In this document: positions 13,413 to 26,537 of the stretch, one piece after another
Position numbering within the stretch: the stretch's first letter is position 1
Layout of the letters: every line of letters starts with the position of its first letter
Source: Mytilus edulis
Lineage: Eukaryota
Assembly (NCBI RefSeq): GCF_963676685.1
Contig: NC_092350.1
Coordinates: 15,066,001 to 15,130,000, forward strand
Length of the DNA: 64,000 nt
Reading direction: 5' to 3'
Notes under the pieces: model-generated
Database searches by the model: none
What the model was told of the DNA's origin: nothing
The model's input: only the letters and a program-made list of their open reading frames with translations
Translations under genes and position numbers: made by a program

Positions 13413-13736
13413 GGTGCACAGCTGCCAAGAAATAAAGTGGATAAGGTGAAATTGCACTGCATGTTTCTGCACACTTTTGGTATGGTTGTTGTCCCCTGAG
13501 GCTTTGATCCATTCCCCATTTTCATTCTCAAATTTATGTTAATATAATCAACAATTCATAACATATGTACAACTGTCAACTGGTTTATAATGATAAATAA
13601 TAATAAAAAAAAAATAGCAGTCATCTGTAAGTCCTCTAATTTATAATAATTCTTACCTGTACACAATCGGCGCAAATGAAACTTCATTTTTACAAACACC
13701 GAGTATACAGTATTAAACATAGATATTGCTTCTTTG

Positions 13737-13864
13737 CAGTGGCGGATCCCGAAATTTTCATTAGAGGGGGCACGCTTCTGTCATGTTTCAGTGACTGATT
13801 CCCTATATAATCAACTGATTTTTTTCCCATAAAAAGGGGGGATTGCCTCCTAAATCCGCATCTG
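13737..13864. mobile_element. Small MITE (CAG...CTG ends, hAT-like)
   Basis: Imperfect TIRs cagtggcggat / atccgcatctg. Confidence 0.5.
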
Positions 13865-14026
13865 CTTTCTGCTGTTATAAATACATTGTACCACCACTTA
13901 AACTGAATATTTGTATATACCAGTTATAAATGAAAGCCAAACTTTATAGATTTTCCTTCATCGGGAAAGCTCAAAGTCGGCGATATCATTAGAACCGAAA
14001 CATTTGAAAAGCTGTATGACATATAT

Positions 14027-14260
14027 GAGGACCCTCATGGGGGGGGGGGGGGGGTCCTAGTAATCACATAATCACCATTTTTTTGCCAATATAATCACAT
14101 AATCATTAAATATTTGCTTATCTTTAGTAATCAAATAATCATAAACTAAAAATACAGTCCTAGGTAATCAAATAATCATGAAATATTTGGCTTAATAATC
14201 AAATAATCATTAAAAAAACGGCCAAGTAATCACATAATCAAAAACCCCATGAGGGCCCTC
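14027..14260. mobile_element. MITE with TAATCA-rich interior; decayed relative near 7820-8045
   Basis: TIRs gaggaccctcatgggg / ccccatgagggccctc, flanked by atatat on both sides, with repeated taatcacataatca units inside. Confidence 0.8.
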
Positions 14261-14468
14261 ATATATCAGCTTTTCAAAAAATAAAGATTGCAACAGTCAT
14301 GCCTGCTTGATTGTTCTCTCAGTAGCTATGCCCAGACAACTAGCAGAATAGATTTTTTTTTATATACTTGTGTGATAAAATTAATAGTCTCAATGTTAAA
14401 TTTCTTTTGGACTTTTGCTCGTAGTGCTCTTGTTTATAGTTTTTTTTTCGCCGCGGATATTCAATTCT

Positions 14469-14610
14469 GGCGGGAAACGGTGTAAAGCAATCACCCTAAC
14501 CAATCAATAGAACCAAAAACGAAGTTTTATTGTAATGGCCTAAGAGAGAATGAACCAATCATGTTCAACATCCGGTTAAAGTTGTCACGCGCCAAATGGC
14601 GAAATTGAAA
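14469..14610 (+). promoter_or_regulatory. Putative TATA-less cell-cycle-type promoter of the forkhead gene
   Basis: E2F-consensus sites GGCGGGAAA (14469-14477) and CGCGCCAAA (14588-14596), CCAAT boxes (14500-14504, 14555-14559), and ATGGCG followed by TTGAAA (14596-14610), all in a local CpG-rich patch ~250-380 bp upstream of the ATG. Confidence 0.6.
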
Positions 14611-14850
14611 AAGCAGACGATGTAGAAATGAACATGGCCATGAAATGAACATCAGCGAACACTTGGAAATCTTTCTGATAGCATGACTTTTGTGTACACA
14701 CTGTAGCTTAGTTTTACACCCTGGTTGAACAATATGTCATGCTGACATATTCATAAAATTGTTTTGATCATACAACAAAAATTTAATATCAAAGTGAAAT
14801 TATTATTGAAGCAAAAAGGGGTGTGTCAAGTTAACACGATATTAGTAACT

Positions 14851-17800
14851 ATGTTTTCTTTTGGTAGTAGACGACTACCACAGAGGTCCCCATGTCTGCA
14901 AAATTTCCACAAGAGACGAAGAAGAACCCGAACCTCCGATAGGTTTATACATGTGTATGCAACCTCCTCTGCAGAAACACAAAACTATCAGAACTATATG
15001 AGAAGTGACCCACATAACTTAGCAGACGTTCCTGATCCTTATTTAATTGAAGAAATAGATGGAGTTCAGTTTTATAGGACAACTGTCCCAGTTGTGTGTG
15101 AATCTGTCAAAAAAAGTCTCATGTCATCACACAAAATGAAGAAGGCTATCAAATTCAGAGAGCAGCCCACAACAATAATACTTCCAGAAAATAGAAACCA
15201 ACTAAAATTAAGGGGAAGAAAGGGCAGAAGACTATTTGACAAAAGAGAACCAAACTCATTCATTTGTAGAGAAATTTCTTCAGGTTACTATGCCACATAC
15301 AATTTTGTTTTCATTAATCTACTTTACTTAGGGAGCTACCATTTGATTTTTATGGGGGGCTAGGATGAAAAATGTTGTCCTGCATTTTTTTTTAGCTGTA
15401 ATCTCTGTCCTGCCTTTTTATTTTTCACTCTGTTCGGTCCTGCCTTTTTTTTTTAGTTTATCCTGACTTTTTTTTATCTAAATTGTCGTCCTGACTTTTT
15501 TTTTTTTGCAAGTGTCTCATCCTGCCTTTTTTTTTTACTCAAAACTCCTGTCCTGCCTATTTTTTTCAAATTTCATCCTAGCCCCCCCATAAAAATCAAA
15601 TGGTAGCTCCCTTACTTTAAGGCTTTTTATAGCTGTCTTCAGTATTAATATTTTTTTAAATATTATTTTATTTATAGAGTTGATCCTTTTCTTATTTTAA
15701 GAGTTGTCCTTCAGTGGTGAAACTGTTCTTGGTCATCAACTGTTAGAAAATAGAGTGACAAATTTTCTAAGCAATTTTGAAAAATCACTTTTCATTTATT
15801 ATTTTTTCTTGTTAAAATGTATCCCTTATTTTTTTCTTGTTAAAATGTATCACTTATTTATAGGCATAGTTCTTTCTATTTTACAATTTTATACAACAAA
15901 GTTGTTATTTGACTACTTTAATATTACAGAGATTTCCTTAATAAAATATTGAAAATTTAATCCATTTAATAATTGCATTTTCATTTCAAAGATCTTTACC
16001 TCTAAAACTATTAAACCAATTAAAACCAAACTAGATTTTGAACTAAATCAAACCAAAATAGATATGAACAATTCCTATTGTATGCCTATATTTTAATTTG
16101 TGAATTATATCAATTATGTCAACCAACATTATTAGCTACCCTATACAAAAAAATTAAAACTGCTGTTACATGATAAAGATAATTTTTTTGATACATCAGT
16201 AAAAAGTTTTAAAAAATAGACATGGGACAAACCTGCCTGGACAAATATTCTCAGACAGTCAATTTCTATAGTAATTCAAAATTTTAAAGACAATTTATCA
16301 TTTGAGTTCTTCCCCTTTAGTTTATTAATGAATTGTACGAACTTCAAATACCCAAGTATCTCATTTTCTTCATATAAATTATTATATATATTGCTTAGAC
16401 TATAGTTTATATCGAATTTGATTTTTAATTTTAGGAGAGGAAAATGAAGAGAGAAAAAGACAAATTTTGGACAAATTGGAAAATGATAAAGAAAACCCAT
16501 TGACAAGAGTAAGTATATATGTACATAAAATGATAAATGTCTTAAAAGAGGATGCTTTGACTTGTATTACAATTGAAACATTCTCAAAAATGAAAAGGAA
16601 GTAGAATCACTGAAACCATCATAGCAAATTATGGTTGAAAAGATCATTTTGAGTTACATTCCTTGTTAATATGGAAAATTGATTGAGCAAGAATTGACTT
16701 TTTTAATAGCTGACTGCAGTATGGGCTTTGCTCATTGTTGAAGGCCATACAGTGACCTATAGTTGTTTATTTCTGTGTCATTTGGTCACTCATTGGCAAT
16801 CAAACCACATATAACCTCTACTCCATGACTAAATATTTATAACTAAAACACAAATATAAATTTGCAAACAGCGCGTCGAATGTGATAGACGCTGCATTTA
16901 ATTTGTATCTCAAATAATTTCCAACAGTACACATTTTACAAATATTAAAACATATATACAATATTTCAAATATCAGTGTATCCACAGTGTATTTCACTTA
17001 AATTTCTGAATGGTAACCCTTCATAGATAGTCGAGGCCGTCCAGGAAAAACCAACAATCGTTCACATGATATATCAGTATGAATGGAAACCTGTATCCGT
17101 GCCAATGCTCAGGATAAAAACATTTAATTAGTAAATACATATATACAAATATAAAATCAGAAAAATAACTTTAATTGCAATCAGCAATAATTAAAAATAA
17201 AGGAGCTTACTATGTTGAACGACGGCTAGAAAGTGAAGCGCTTGAAAAACACCAATATATCATTACTCAAAATTCGACTTTACTATACGAACCGCGGGAA
17301 AATACAAATATTCTTTTTTATATTTAAACTTGGGGGAAAAAAAATATATTTTACACAGTTAGCCATTTACAGGTTAGTTATATTACAGTCACTGGGCACT
17401 AGATTTATCATGTATTGTCTAGATTAATAATTATTTTTGAATTATTTTCATTCTTGAACATTTGAAAAGCATGTCAATAAAATTGATTTCATAACAAGTT
17501 ATTTTCATTCCTCAAAAGTTGAAAAGCATGTCAATGAAATTGATTTGATAACATGTAACTATACATGTACACTTAATATAAATAAAAAGCTTTATTTTTT
17601 AGACTGAAGAAGAAAGAATTCATGAGAGAGCAGAGTTTTTTTCCATGTCTATAAAACCTGATTTGAAATACCTGAGCCTACCTGAAGATTTTAGTCATAG
17701 AGATGATCCAGCTTATGCTGCCAGTATGTGTGGACAACAATTAGAATATCCATTACCAAAGAAGAGGAAGAGTCGTAACTTGTACACAGATAGTTGCTAT

Positions 17801-20800
17801 GTGTCCTACCACTCAGATGATGATCCATATGATAATAGCCAAGGACTACCTTGTGGTATGCTTTTGTCATAATTTCTAGATACTACTGTAGTTCCCCTCT
17901 AGAAATGTAAAATACAGAGATGTGTTACGATTGACAATGATATAAGTACTTCAACAGACTTTGTCTTCTTTCAATGGTCATCTGCATCATATTATTGTAA
18001 TGAATAAAGGAGATATGTGTGGAATATTCAAATAAAATACCAAGTCTTCAAAACAATCAAAGCATAATTGATTTTTAAAAAGTAAATGTCTTACAAAGGT
18101 AATTGAGTCAGGACTTTTTCTAATCAAAAGGCTCAAATGGCCCTCATATTCAAAAAGTAGTTGTACCAATTGATATCCTAGTACAGAACTACTGTAAATT
18201 CAAAAATTTGCGTGCATTTATGATTGCAATTTTAAGAAAACAGCCACATGCAGATATGTACTAGAGATCAGAAGGGGAGTGTTCTAATCTTTGCAGTACT
18301 TAATGAGTCGCTTTTTAAGAATGAATAAAAACTTCACATTAATTTCTGAATTTACAATTTTCACTGACCTATGAAACAGTTCCCTTATTGCATTAAACAA
18401 ATGATTGTGGTTAACATGGATTAAATATTTATTTGATTTTATTGACAAATGAAGTGTATTGTATAGGGACAAGACTTTACAGACCACCAGACAAACTAGT
18501 GGAGTTAGTTGCTGACGCCATAACAGAGAGTCCTGATGGTATGCTTCAAGTTCCTCAGATATATACTGTTCTTATGTAAGTATCAATAAAATGTGGTTAA
18601 ATACAGTCAGTTCATATATAAGTATCAAAACAATAGTTCAAATGCAGTCAGTTCATATGCAAATATCAAAACAGTAGTAACAATATTCTAAAAACATACA
18701 AAAAGAGTATGTAATAATCTGAAGAAGGATTACCTTAAATATATGATATTTTGTGGCAGGTTTTGCTAACTTCTGTTCAACATTTAATGGTCGAATGAGT
18801 TTAGGAAACATTGTATGCATAAATACCATAATGTGTTGGAAATTGAATATTTTATTTTTGTAAATATGAATTTTAAGTCTTGATGTTTCACATCTCAATC
18901 ATTTACTATTATGAAAAACAAATTATATTTAGCCGTAAAAAACAGTCCTCAGGTGACCCTGCTTTTTGAATTAATCATTATTTATGTTATTAAATTTATA
19001 TATTAAAGCAGGTTTGATAATGTTGGGACATGTTTATATAGTTAATATAAAATCTGGAGATGTGGTATGATTGCCAAATAACCACCAAAGACCAATTGAT
19101 GTAGATGTTAAAATAACTATATATTACCATACAGCCTTCAACAATGAACAAAACCCAAACAACATAGCAAATTATAGAAGCCCCTGACATGATAGCGTAA
19201 AGCACTTCAAAAGAGTTAACCAACAGTTTGATCTATGTAAAAAACAACAAAAATGTTGTTTGTCAAAATAAATCATCAGTTATAATGTGAAAAAAAATAG
19301 AACAACATGTTCCAAGCGCTTTTCTGGATTTACCATCACCAGGAACACTCAAAGCAGAAAATTTTGAAAGCCAAGTATGTATGACAACCAAAGCAGTTGA
19401 CAAGCTGTATGAGCAAAAAAGACCTAAAAGCCAAATCCATCTGAAATTAACTGAGGCCAAGGATTCTTTTTACTTGTCTTTTGGATTATAAATCAATAGG
19501 ATAGAAAAACACCTATAAAGCATAGAAAAATTGAGAAACCTTATATACTGTGCCAAAACAGTTTAACAACACTTTAAAAAAAAAAATTTTTGTTCTTTCT
19601 GGAAAAAAATTATTTAAACATCCTTGATATAATCCTTAGTTTTACCTGTAATTTAAAACAGTCGTACTTTTTTCCTGGAGATTGATTTCCCGCCATTTCA
19701 GCTTTGCACGTGTAATTGATGTTTTACCGTCTGTACCTGTACTTTTAAAACGATATTAAAAATTTCTTTTTCACTAACGTTCAAAAACACACCATTCAAA
19801 AACACACATTACACCTTTCAAAAAATTGCATGGTGCTTCAACCAGGTCTCCCCGAAAATGACCGTCAGAAAGCTCTTGGAATGGTTGATGCTGGAATGAG
19901 TGTTGCTGACATCATGGCTCGATTAAATGTGCATAAGGCAACAGTTCAGAGACTAACAAACAGATATCGACAAATTGCAACTGCACAGGATAGGTCGATA
20001 TCTCGTAGACCAAAAAAACTATTGTCAACGGATCAGCGCTATCATCTCTTTACGTCAACACGTGACAAGTTGTTTTACGGCCACAATTTAAGTAGTGCAT
20101 TGACTAAGGGCAGCTGCTGGTGTGCCTGCCAATCCTTCATTGGTGCACTTAGGGCATGGCAGAGAAATTGATTTTGAATAACACTATACTCATTTCCCCA
20201 TTTTGACCCTCCTGCGCTCCATACAAAGAAAATCCTCATGAATGTAAGGGATAAACATTCATGTTGCTTCTGACATGTCATAATTCCATTTTGTTATTAT
20301 TAAAATTATATGTGGCTATGATTTTGTAATAAAATGAAATTTCACATTTTTGTTGCTAAACTTTTTTGGCTCAGTATATTATAAAACTGAAATCTGTATA
20401 ATATAATGTTCATCATACAAATGAAAAATAATGATCAAATATATATATTTTTAGTAACTTTTCAAATCTTATTTTCCAGGAATAAATATCCCTATTTTAG
20501 ATACATGGATAAGTCTGCAGTCACTAGTTGGCGGGTAAGGTATCATAAGAACCTAATTTCTAGGATTGAAAAAAACTTGTTTTTTGCAAACTAAATTATT
20601 AAAGTTGACCTTTAGAGTCACAATAACATAATACTTACAAAATGTAGGGGACAATATAATATACACAGAAAAAAAGTAACTTGCCACTAAGTGAGTTGGT
20701 AATTAGGTATTTATTATAATTTCTGAATTAAGTTTGAATTGAAAATTTAAATTAAATCTTAAAACAGATGAAACAAAAGATTCATTGTTTACCTAAAATC

Positions 20801-23800
20801 TATTAAAATTGAATTGTATGCTCACTTTTTTGCAAAACACATGATTAAGTTGGAATGAACATTTGAAATGAATTTTTATGTAAAAGAATACATTTTAATA
20901 TGGAAAAAGTGATTAAAATCAATGAACAAGGAAAATATTTACATTTTTTTATTGGAAGCAGTCAATATTTTTTTTGAGTTATCTCCCATTAATACTGGTA
21001 GAAATCTTGTATACATACTAACACATTGTCAGAATTTCTATTAGAGGTTTCTATATTTAAGTTATTTTATTTCCTTCTTTTTTACTAATATTTTGGCAAT
21101 ATTTTTTTGTATAATTTTGAGTCTGTTTGATATATGATATAATGATTTATCTCCCATCAATTTTGATAAATAAACTCTGTATATTCATGTATTCATGCAA
21201 ACACACATTAATTTTCAAACTTCCAAATGAAAAAAAACTGTATGTCACTATCAATATATGTATATATTAGTTTAACTGTGTTTTTCAATAAATTTGTTCA
21301 TTAATGATTTACTTTTCAGAGTTCTGTAAGACATGCACTTTTCCAGAAATGGTTTAGGAAAGTTAAATTCACAACTCCAGAAATAAGCAGTAAAGGGTGT
21401 TTTTGGTGCATTAATACTCAAGTAGATTATGCAGAAATTTGTGCTGCAAGAACCAAAAAAGGTAGGGAAAATGATTTTGTGAAGTGTTTAATTGTAAACA
21501 TATCTTTTACCCTTGTATTTGTAACCTGGGACAAGTTACTCTATTGTTGTGATGAATATGCCAAAGGATGGCAATATGTAGTGTAAAGGGAAACATTGTG
21601 AAACTTGGTGAATTACTTTTAAGATTTCCATTTCCACTGTTTGTTTTTTTATAAATGCATATGGTTAGGCTGATAGAGTAATTCCCTGTCATTGAGTTTC
21701 AGCGTAACCCTTTGAAACATTTTTTTTGGGAAAAAGGACAGATTGTATATAAGACCCTTGTACAATCTTATAGCTCACACTGCAACAATAGTTACTGTTT
21801 TAATATTAATGGTACTGTCATTTTCAGAACAATTGTTTAAAGATTTTACAGTATTGATTTGCAACATGTAGTTGTAGTATTATTATCTCTTAAATTAATT
21901 TGAGCACATCTTTTTTACAGAAGAAAATACAGATGATTTAGACATAGATCCAAATCTACCAGACAATGTTATAGCATTACTAAAGGAAGAGGAGAAAGAA
22001 TTGCAGAAGGTTGTTGTTAAAGTAGAGGTAAACAAAAAGATTTATTTCATTCTATTACCATGATTTCCCTGTAAAATAAAACATCATTTCACATGTGAAA
22101 TAAATTTGAAAATCTCATCCCTTTGAAATATCATACAACTTTGGTGATGTCAATATATTTTTGATGACATTACATCAAAACAAATTGAGAATGTGTAGAT
22201 GAAGGTATAGTTTTTTTTGCATTTTGTGTACATGATAATTTTACGTTTGTTTTAGGTTTCTCTTGGATTTTTGCTTGTTATTCTATTCAAAAAAAAAATT
22301 GATAAGAGAGTAGCCATTATTACAGTGTCATCTCAGTAACTGATAAATGTGTTGAATAATATCTTGTTGCTGTGCATGAATCCAAGTTATTCTAAAAACT
22401 CTTCATCTCATGACCTAAGGATGCTGCAGATATTTAATTCAAGTTCAAAGTTAACAAATGTATTGTTGTAGGAATATTTTGTTTGCAACTTGCTTTGATC
22501 TAAATATCTGTCTTATGACTCAAAGTCTAAATCTGGGAGGTCAAGGTCACTTCATTTATTCACCCTTAATCAGGTGATTCTGCTATCTAATAATGATTTA
22601 AAGTTGTATAAAACTAGGAGCCAATTAAGGTTACATCTGTTAGGTAAAGGTTATACAGTTATAACCATGCTAAAGCCTTCTTTTATTTTAAATTGACTTA
22701 AGAGGTTGAAAAGTAACCATTGGACAGTTTTATTTTATCATTGATTTGTTTTTATTTCAGGATGCAGGATTGGTGAGTTGTTCTACTGTCAAAGTACCTG
22801 CACATCTAATCAATCAAGAGGCGGATCATGATCCAATACTAACAACATGTTTCACAACACCAAAGGCTGGTTATTACTGTAAGTCTGTCAGTATTTAGAT
22901 ACTTTTGATGAAATTATCTCCCCTGCTCGACAGCAGACATCTGTCTCATTCACAGGCCTTTTTTACATTGGTAGGCTTTTAATCAGTACTATTCAGCAGT
23001 ATTTGCACAGAAAATGGCTATAAGTACAACAAAAAAGGAATTATTCATTTATCATATATAATTCAGCATGGTTATCTATACTATTAAACAAGAAGACCTC
23101 ATTTTGCGTGTCACTTCTCTTCCTTCCACAATAAACCAATCATCATGACTCTGTGTCCTATGGCTAGCATGGAAAGTCGCATTTGTAATCCTTGCTTATG
23201 AGTATTTAGTTAGGATTATTTTGGGAGAAAAGCGAAAATAAAGGTGTCCAGATATTGTTTCCGTCATTGGGTGGACTTTCAAGTCATAGACAAGACTTCC
23301 GTTTCGGACTGTTTTAAATCACAAATGATTTTCATAATTACTTGGGGACAGAAAAATTACTTTGCGTTTTTCTGTATACTACGAATATACATATACTATA
23401 AAGGAAATGTATTTGCTATTTACTATCAATTCAAAGTTTATTATGCGCGGCTGTCACTGATATTTATTATATAAGGAATCTCTATAATGACTATATTGCC
23501 TAGGACAGTCGACTTGGAATGGAAAGTAAATAGCAAATACACTTTTTATAGTATATGTATGTTCATAGTATACAGAAAACCAGAAAACAAAAATTAACGG
23601 ACTGTGGAAAAAGGGGAAGGGCTTAAAAAATTGTCCTGTCACCAAATACCTATTACTTTTTATACCTTTCCTGAAATTGTCCAGTTAGAAAATCTTTTAA
23701 CAAAAATTCATCCTCATACTTTCAACCATGCTCTAAATGCCAGTGATTTTGCGGGTGTGTTCTAGTAGACAATAAAACTATTAAAAAGAAATCTAGGACT

Positions 23801-25486
23801 CAAAATGGTATTGAACTATTCATAACAATAATTGAATAAACAAGAATTTAGAATGTTCCCAGTCCCTAATGTTTTTTGTAAGATATTCCTCTGGTTTTAT
23901 CCATTATTTCCATGCAGTGCCATGAAATGTTTTGCCTGCTAACAACTACTGTTCTTTTCGTTCTTTTATCACATAAAATTTTAAAATCAAATTTTTGAAA
24001 ATCTTTGTTATGTTTATGCCCCTGCCATAAGCAATAGGGATTAAGTGTTACCCTTGACCATCAGTCATATTACATTTTCACACTTAAGTTTTATTATCAA
24101 AATATTTTAAAACTCTCACACAATGCTAAGAAACAAAAACACACTATCACACTCTTTTTCATCCACATTTTATGAACAATGCTGAGAACCACAACATGCA
24201 GACAAAGTCAGTGACTTTAACAAAAAAGAAAATCTGCTTTTTAAGCTTTATCATTTGAGAAGCCTCGAAATCAAATATTTGTAAAAACTAATATTGCAAA
24301 TTTTATGGAATTACTGACTTAAAAATGTTCAAGAACTGATATTTTTGGGCCAAACAAGTTCATTTGGTATCATTTCAAAGATGAGAATAATTTAATGTTT
24401 TATGTATGAGGGGACATAAAAAATAATGGCTGTCTGTCTCATGGTATTGTAAGGCCTCTTGTACAATTCTTGGGGGATTTTTAGCTCACCTGGAAGTTAA
24501 CTTTTACAAAAATCTTCTCCTTTTAAACTGCTTGACTGAGTTAAAATCCCCCTGCCAACCAGTATGGCCGCCATGGTTAAAAATAGAACATAGAAGTAAA
24601 ATACAGTTTTGGCTTATATCTCTGAAACTATAGCATTTGGAGCAACTCTGATGTAGGGTAACAATGTTTATAAAATAGATATCTATCTGCCCTGACATTT
24701 CAGACTCATAAGTACAATAGAAATGAATACAGCAGGCTAATGATAAACACTTTTAAGTAAAAATTGTAAATATGTATTATTGTATATAACATGTTAAAAT
24801 GTTGCATGAATTATTTTTCCTGATTTTTATTTCCAGACGGAATACATAGTGGATCTGTTTTTCCTGTCTCCACACGAAAAAAGGCAATATTGCCAGTCTC
24901 ATACATGAACAGATGCCTTACACCATCATTGATAGGCAGTAGAAGCACGTCTCCATTAAGTGACAGCTCAAATAGCTGTTCTTCTCTAGTCAGTCCTCTA
25001 CTGAATAGTGTGAAGCCTGATACACTAGGGGTTGACTCTCAGACAAGTCTTGGAAATTCTTCCATTAACTGGGCTCCAAAGCTACCATTTGATCAGTTTC
25101 TTGATGGACCAATCACGCCTTCACAAGAGTTTTTGCCAGAAAAAAGTGAAGATATACTATCAAACTGCCATTATCTAGAAAACGATGACATTGTGAGAAG
25201 CTCCTGTTCAGATCTGAGCAGTGGGAAAAGTTCAGTGTATGGAGACTGGGAACCAGGGTATGAGTTAAAGGAAAATGATTTGTTACAATGTCTGAATGAA
25301 AATGTGAATACCTCAATGAACTTTAAGTCTGAGGACAATACAGAAATAGGCTACATAATACCAGATGGTGTGAAGTGGGGGTTTATTGGAATGGATGAGA
25401 TGCCCACAGCAATATTTGACAAGGATGTCATGGCTTCATCTCCGGAATACCAATCACTTAGTCCTGAATCTAATCCAGAAATATAG
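14851..25486 (+). CDS. Divergent forkhead-box (winged-helix) transcription factor, 9 exons, 646 aa
   Basis: Phase-consistent exons: 14851-15283, 16435-16508, 17603-17855, 18467-18575, 20480-20534, 21320-21461, 21921-22027, 22761-22878, 24837-25486 (1941 nt). Exons 4-6 give RPPDKLVELVADAITESPDGMLQVPQIYTVLMNKYPYFRYMDKSAVTSWRSSVRHALFQKWFRKVKFTTPEISSKGCFWCI, collinear with the forkhead consensus. Basic NLS-like motifs KRRRR and PKKRK; Ser-rich/acidic tail. Confidence 0.88.
15331..15611. mobile_element. PIF/Harbinger-type MITE; decayed relative near 55150-55402
   Basis: ~40-bp TIRs gggagctaccatttgatttttatgggggg / ccccccataaaaatcaaatggtagctccc with TTA duplicated on both sides. Confidence 0.85.
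19307..19348 (-). ncRNA. Degenerate type I hammerhead motif (second family)
   Basis: Minus strand reads gtgttc-CTGGTGA-tgg-taaat-cca-GAAA-a-gcgc-t-TG-gaacat. Stems are intact, but A6 is G and position 17 is G, so it is probably inactive. Confidence 0.5.
19546..20376 (+). mobile_element. Internally deleted Tc1/mariner transposon
   Basis: TA-flanked TIRs tactgtgccaaaacagtttaacaaca / tgttgctaaactttttggctcagta. ORF 19830-20171 begins with a paired-like HTH (RQKALGMVDAGMSVADIMARLNVHKATVQRLTNRYRQ...DRSISRRPK). No DDE domain is visible. Confidence 0.85.
23086..23765. mobile_element. Probable rolling-circle-type non-autonomous insertion in a forkhead-gene intron
   Basis: Compositionally distinct block ending in ttttgcgggtgtgttCTAGt, with an internal imperfect inverted repeat near 23370-23580. 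Confidence 0.35.
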
Positions 25487-26537
25487 AATTATCATGATAA
25501 GAACATTATTCCACGTTTTTTGAAAGAAAAACAAGAATGATATTTGAAACTTGATCACATTTGAGAGTCATTCTGTTGTAGGAATGAAAGTTTTTTTAAT
25601 GGGTTGATAAAATCAGAGCACTAAATTTAGCAGATTATTAATAACTGTTATATACTGTGAACTTATTAATATTAGTTGGGTACCAATTTGTTTTGATTTC
25701 TTGGGAAATTAGACAAACACTGTGAACTTAATATTAAGCAGAAAGTGATATCTCTTAAGGCTTGTATACAAACTTGGGTAAAACCATAAAATCAAGTATC
25801 AACAATAAAACACACAAAAATTGGTACCCATGAAATTAAATGAATCCATAGTAGAATTCAGTTTCTTTTGAGAACCATCTTTATAAACACATCATTTTGG
25901 TGTAAGTTGTAAATTATGTGAAATTCTTGGAACAAAAACAAGTATAAAGTAAAATTTCATGTTCTAACATTAGATAACAACTAGATATTGTAAAAATATA
26001 CATTTCATATAATCGTTCATTATAATGAAAGTATGCAAGATGTTTCTTTCAAATCAGGAATAATAATTTATTCTACGCAAATCATATTTCTGAAGTCAAA
26101 ATGTGTCAGTGCAATTTGACAAAATAGTATAAATATAAATATTTGTATAATGCATGCTTTAGATTTTAGTACAGTTCAATGGTATTTTAGCATTTTATTT
26201 CTATCAAAGAAAATTGCATGGAAATTAGTTTTTTTGTTATTTTTTGTTATTTTCTGCTATTTTCTATGTCTTTTTTCAATCAATTGTACAAAAGTAAACA
26301 CTATTATTTAATTCATAAAATTTTATTTTGACTCTTTAAGACTTGTGGAACATGGATGAACTGTTAATATAGAGTTATGTCCCTTTCCAGTGATAAGTAT
26401 TATAGTTTTAATTAAACTGCATGTGAAAAAATATTATGATCTAGATTTCATTAAAGAATTTCAATTTATTAAGGTTTATTAATTTAATATGGTAAATAAT
26501 TCTCAAATTCTACTGTAAGGCCATTCATAAAAGATAT

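Noticed and set aside
12341-13531. ORFs 12341-12769, 13246-13449, 13301-13531 and 13315-13512
   Set aside because: They arise from tandem repeats and the (GAC)n microsatellite of the Helentron-type element.
14764-14850. ORF-track start at 14764 for the forkhead gene
   Set aside because: It is a TTG start. The first in-frame ATG is at 14851, and the ORF tail beyond 15283 runs into intron and MITE sequence.
14851-25486. Naming the forkhead gene FOXM1 or another known subclass
   Set aside because: The promoter and intron position are suggestive, but the domain lacks subclass-diagnostic residues. A name needs a phylogeny.
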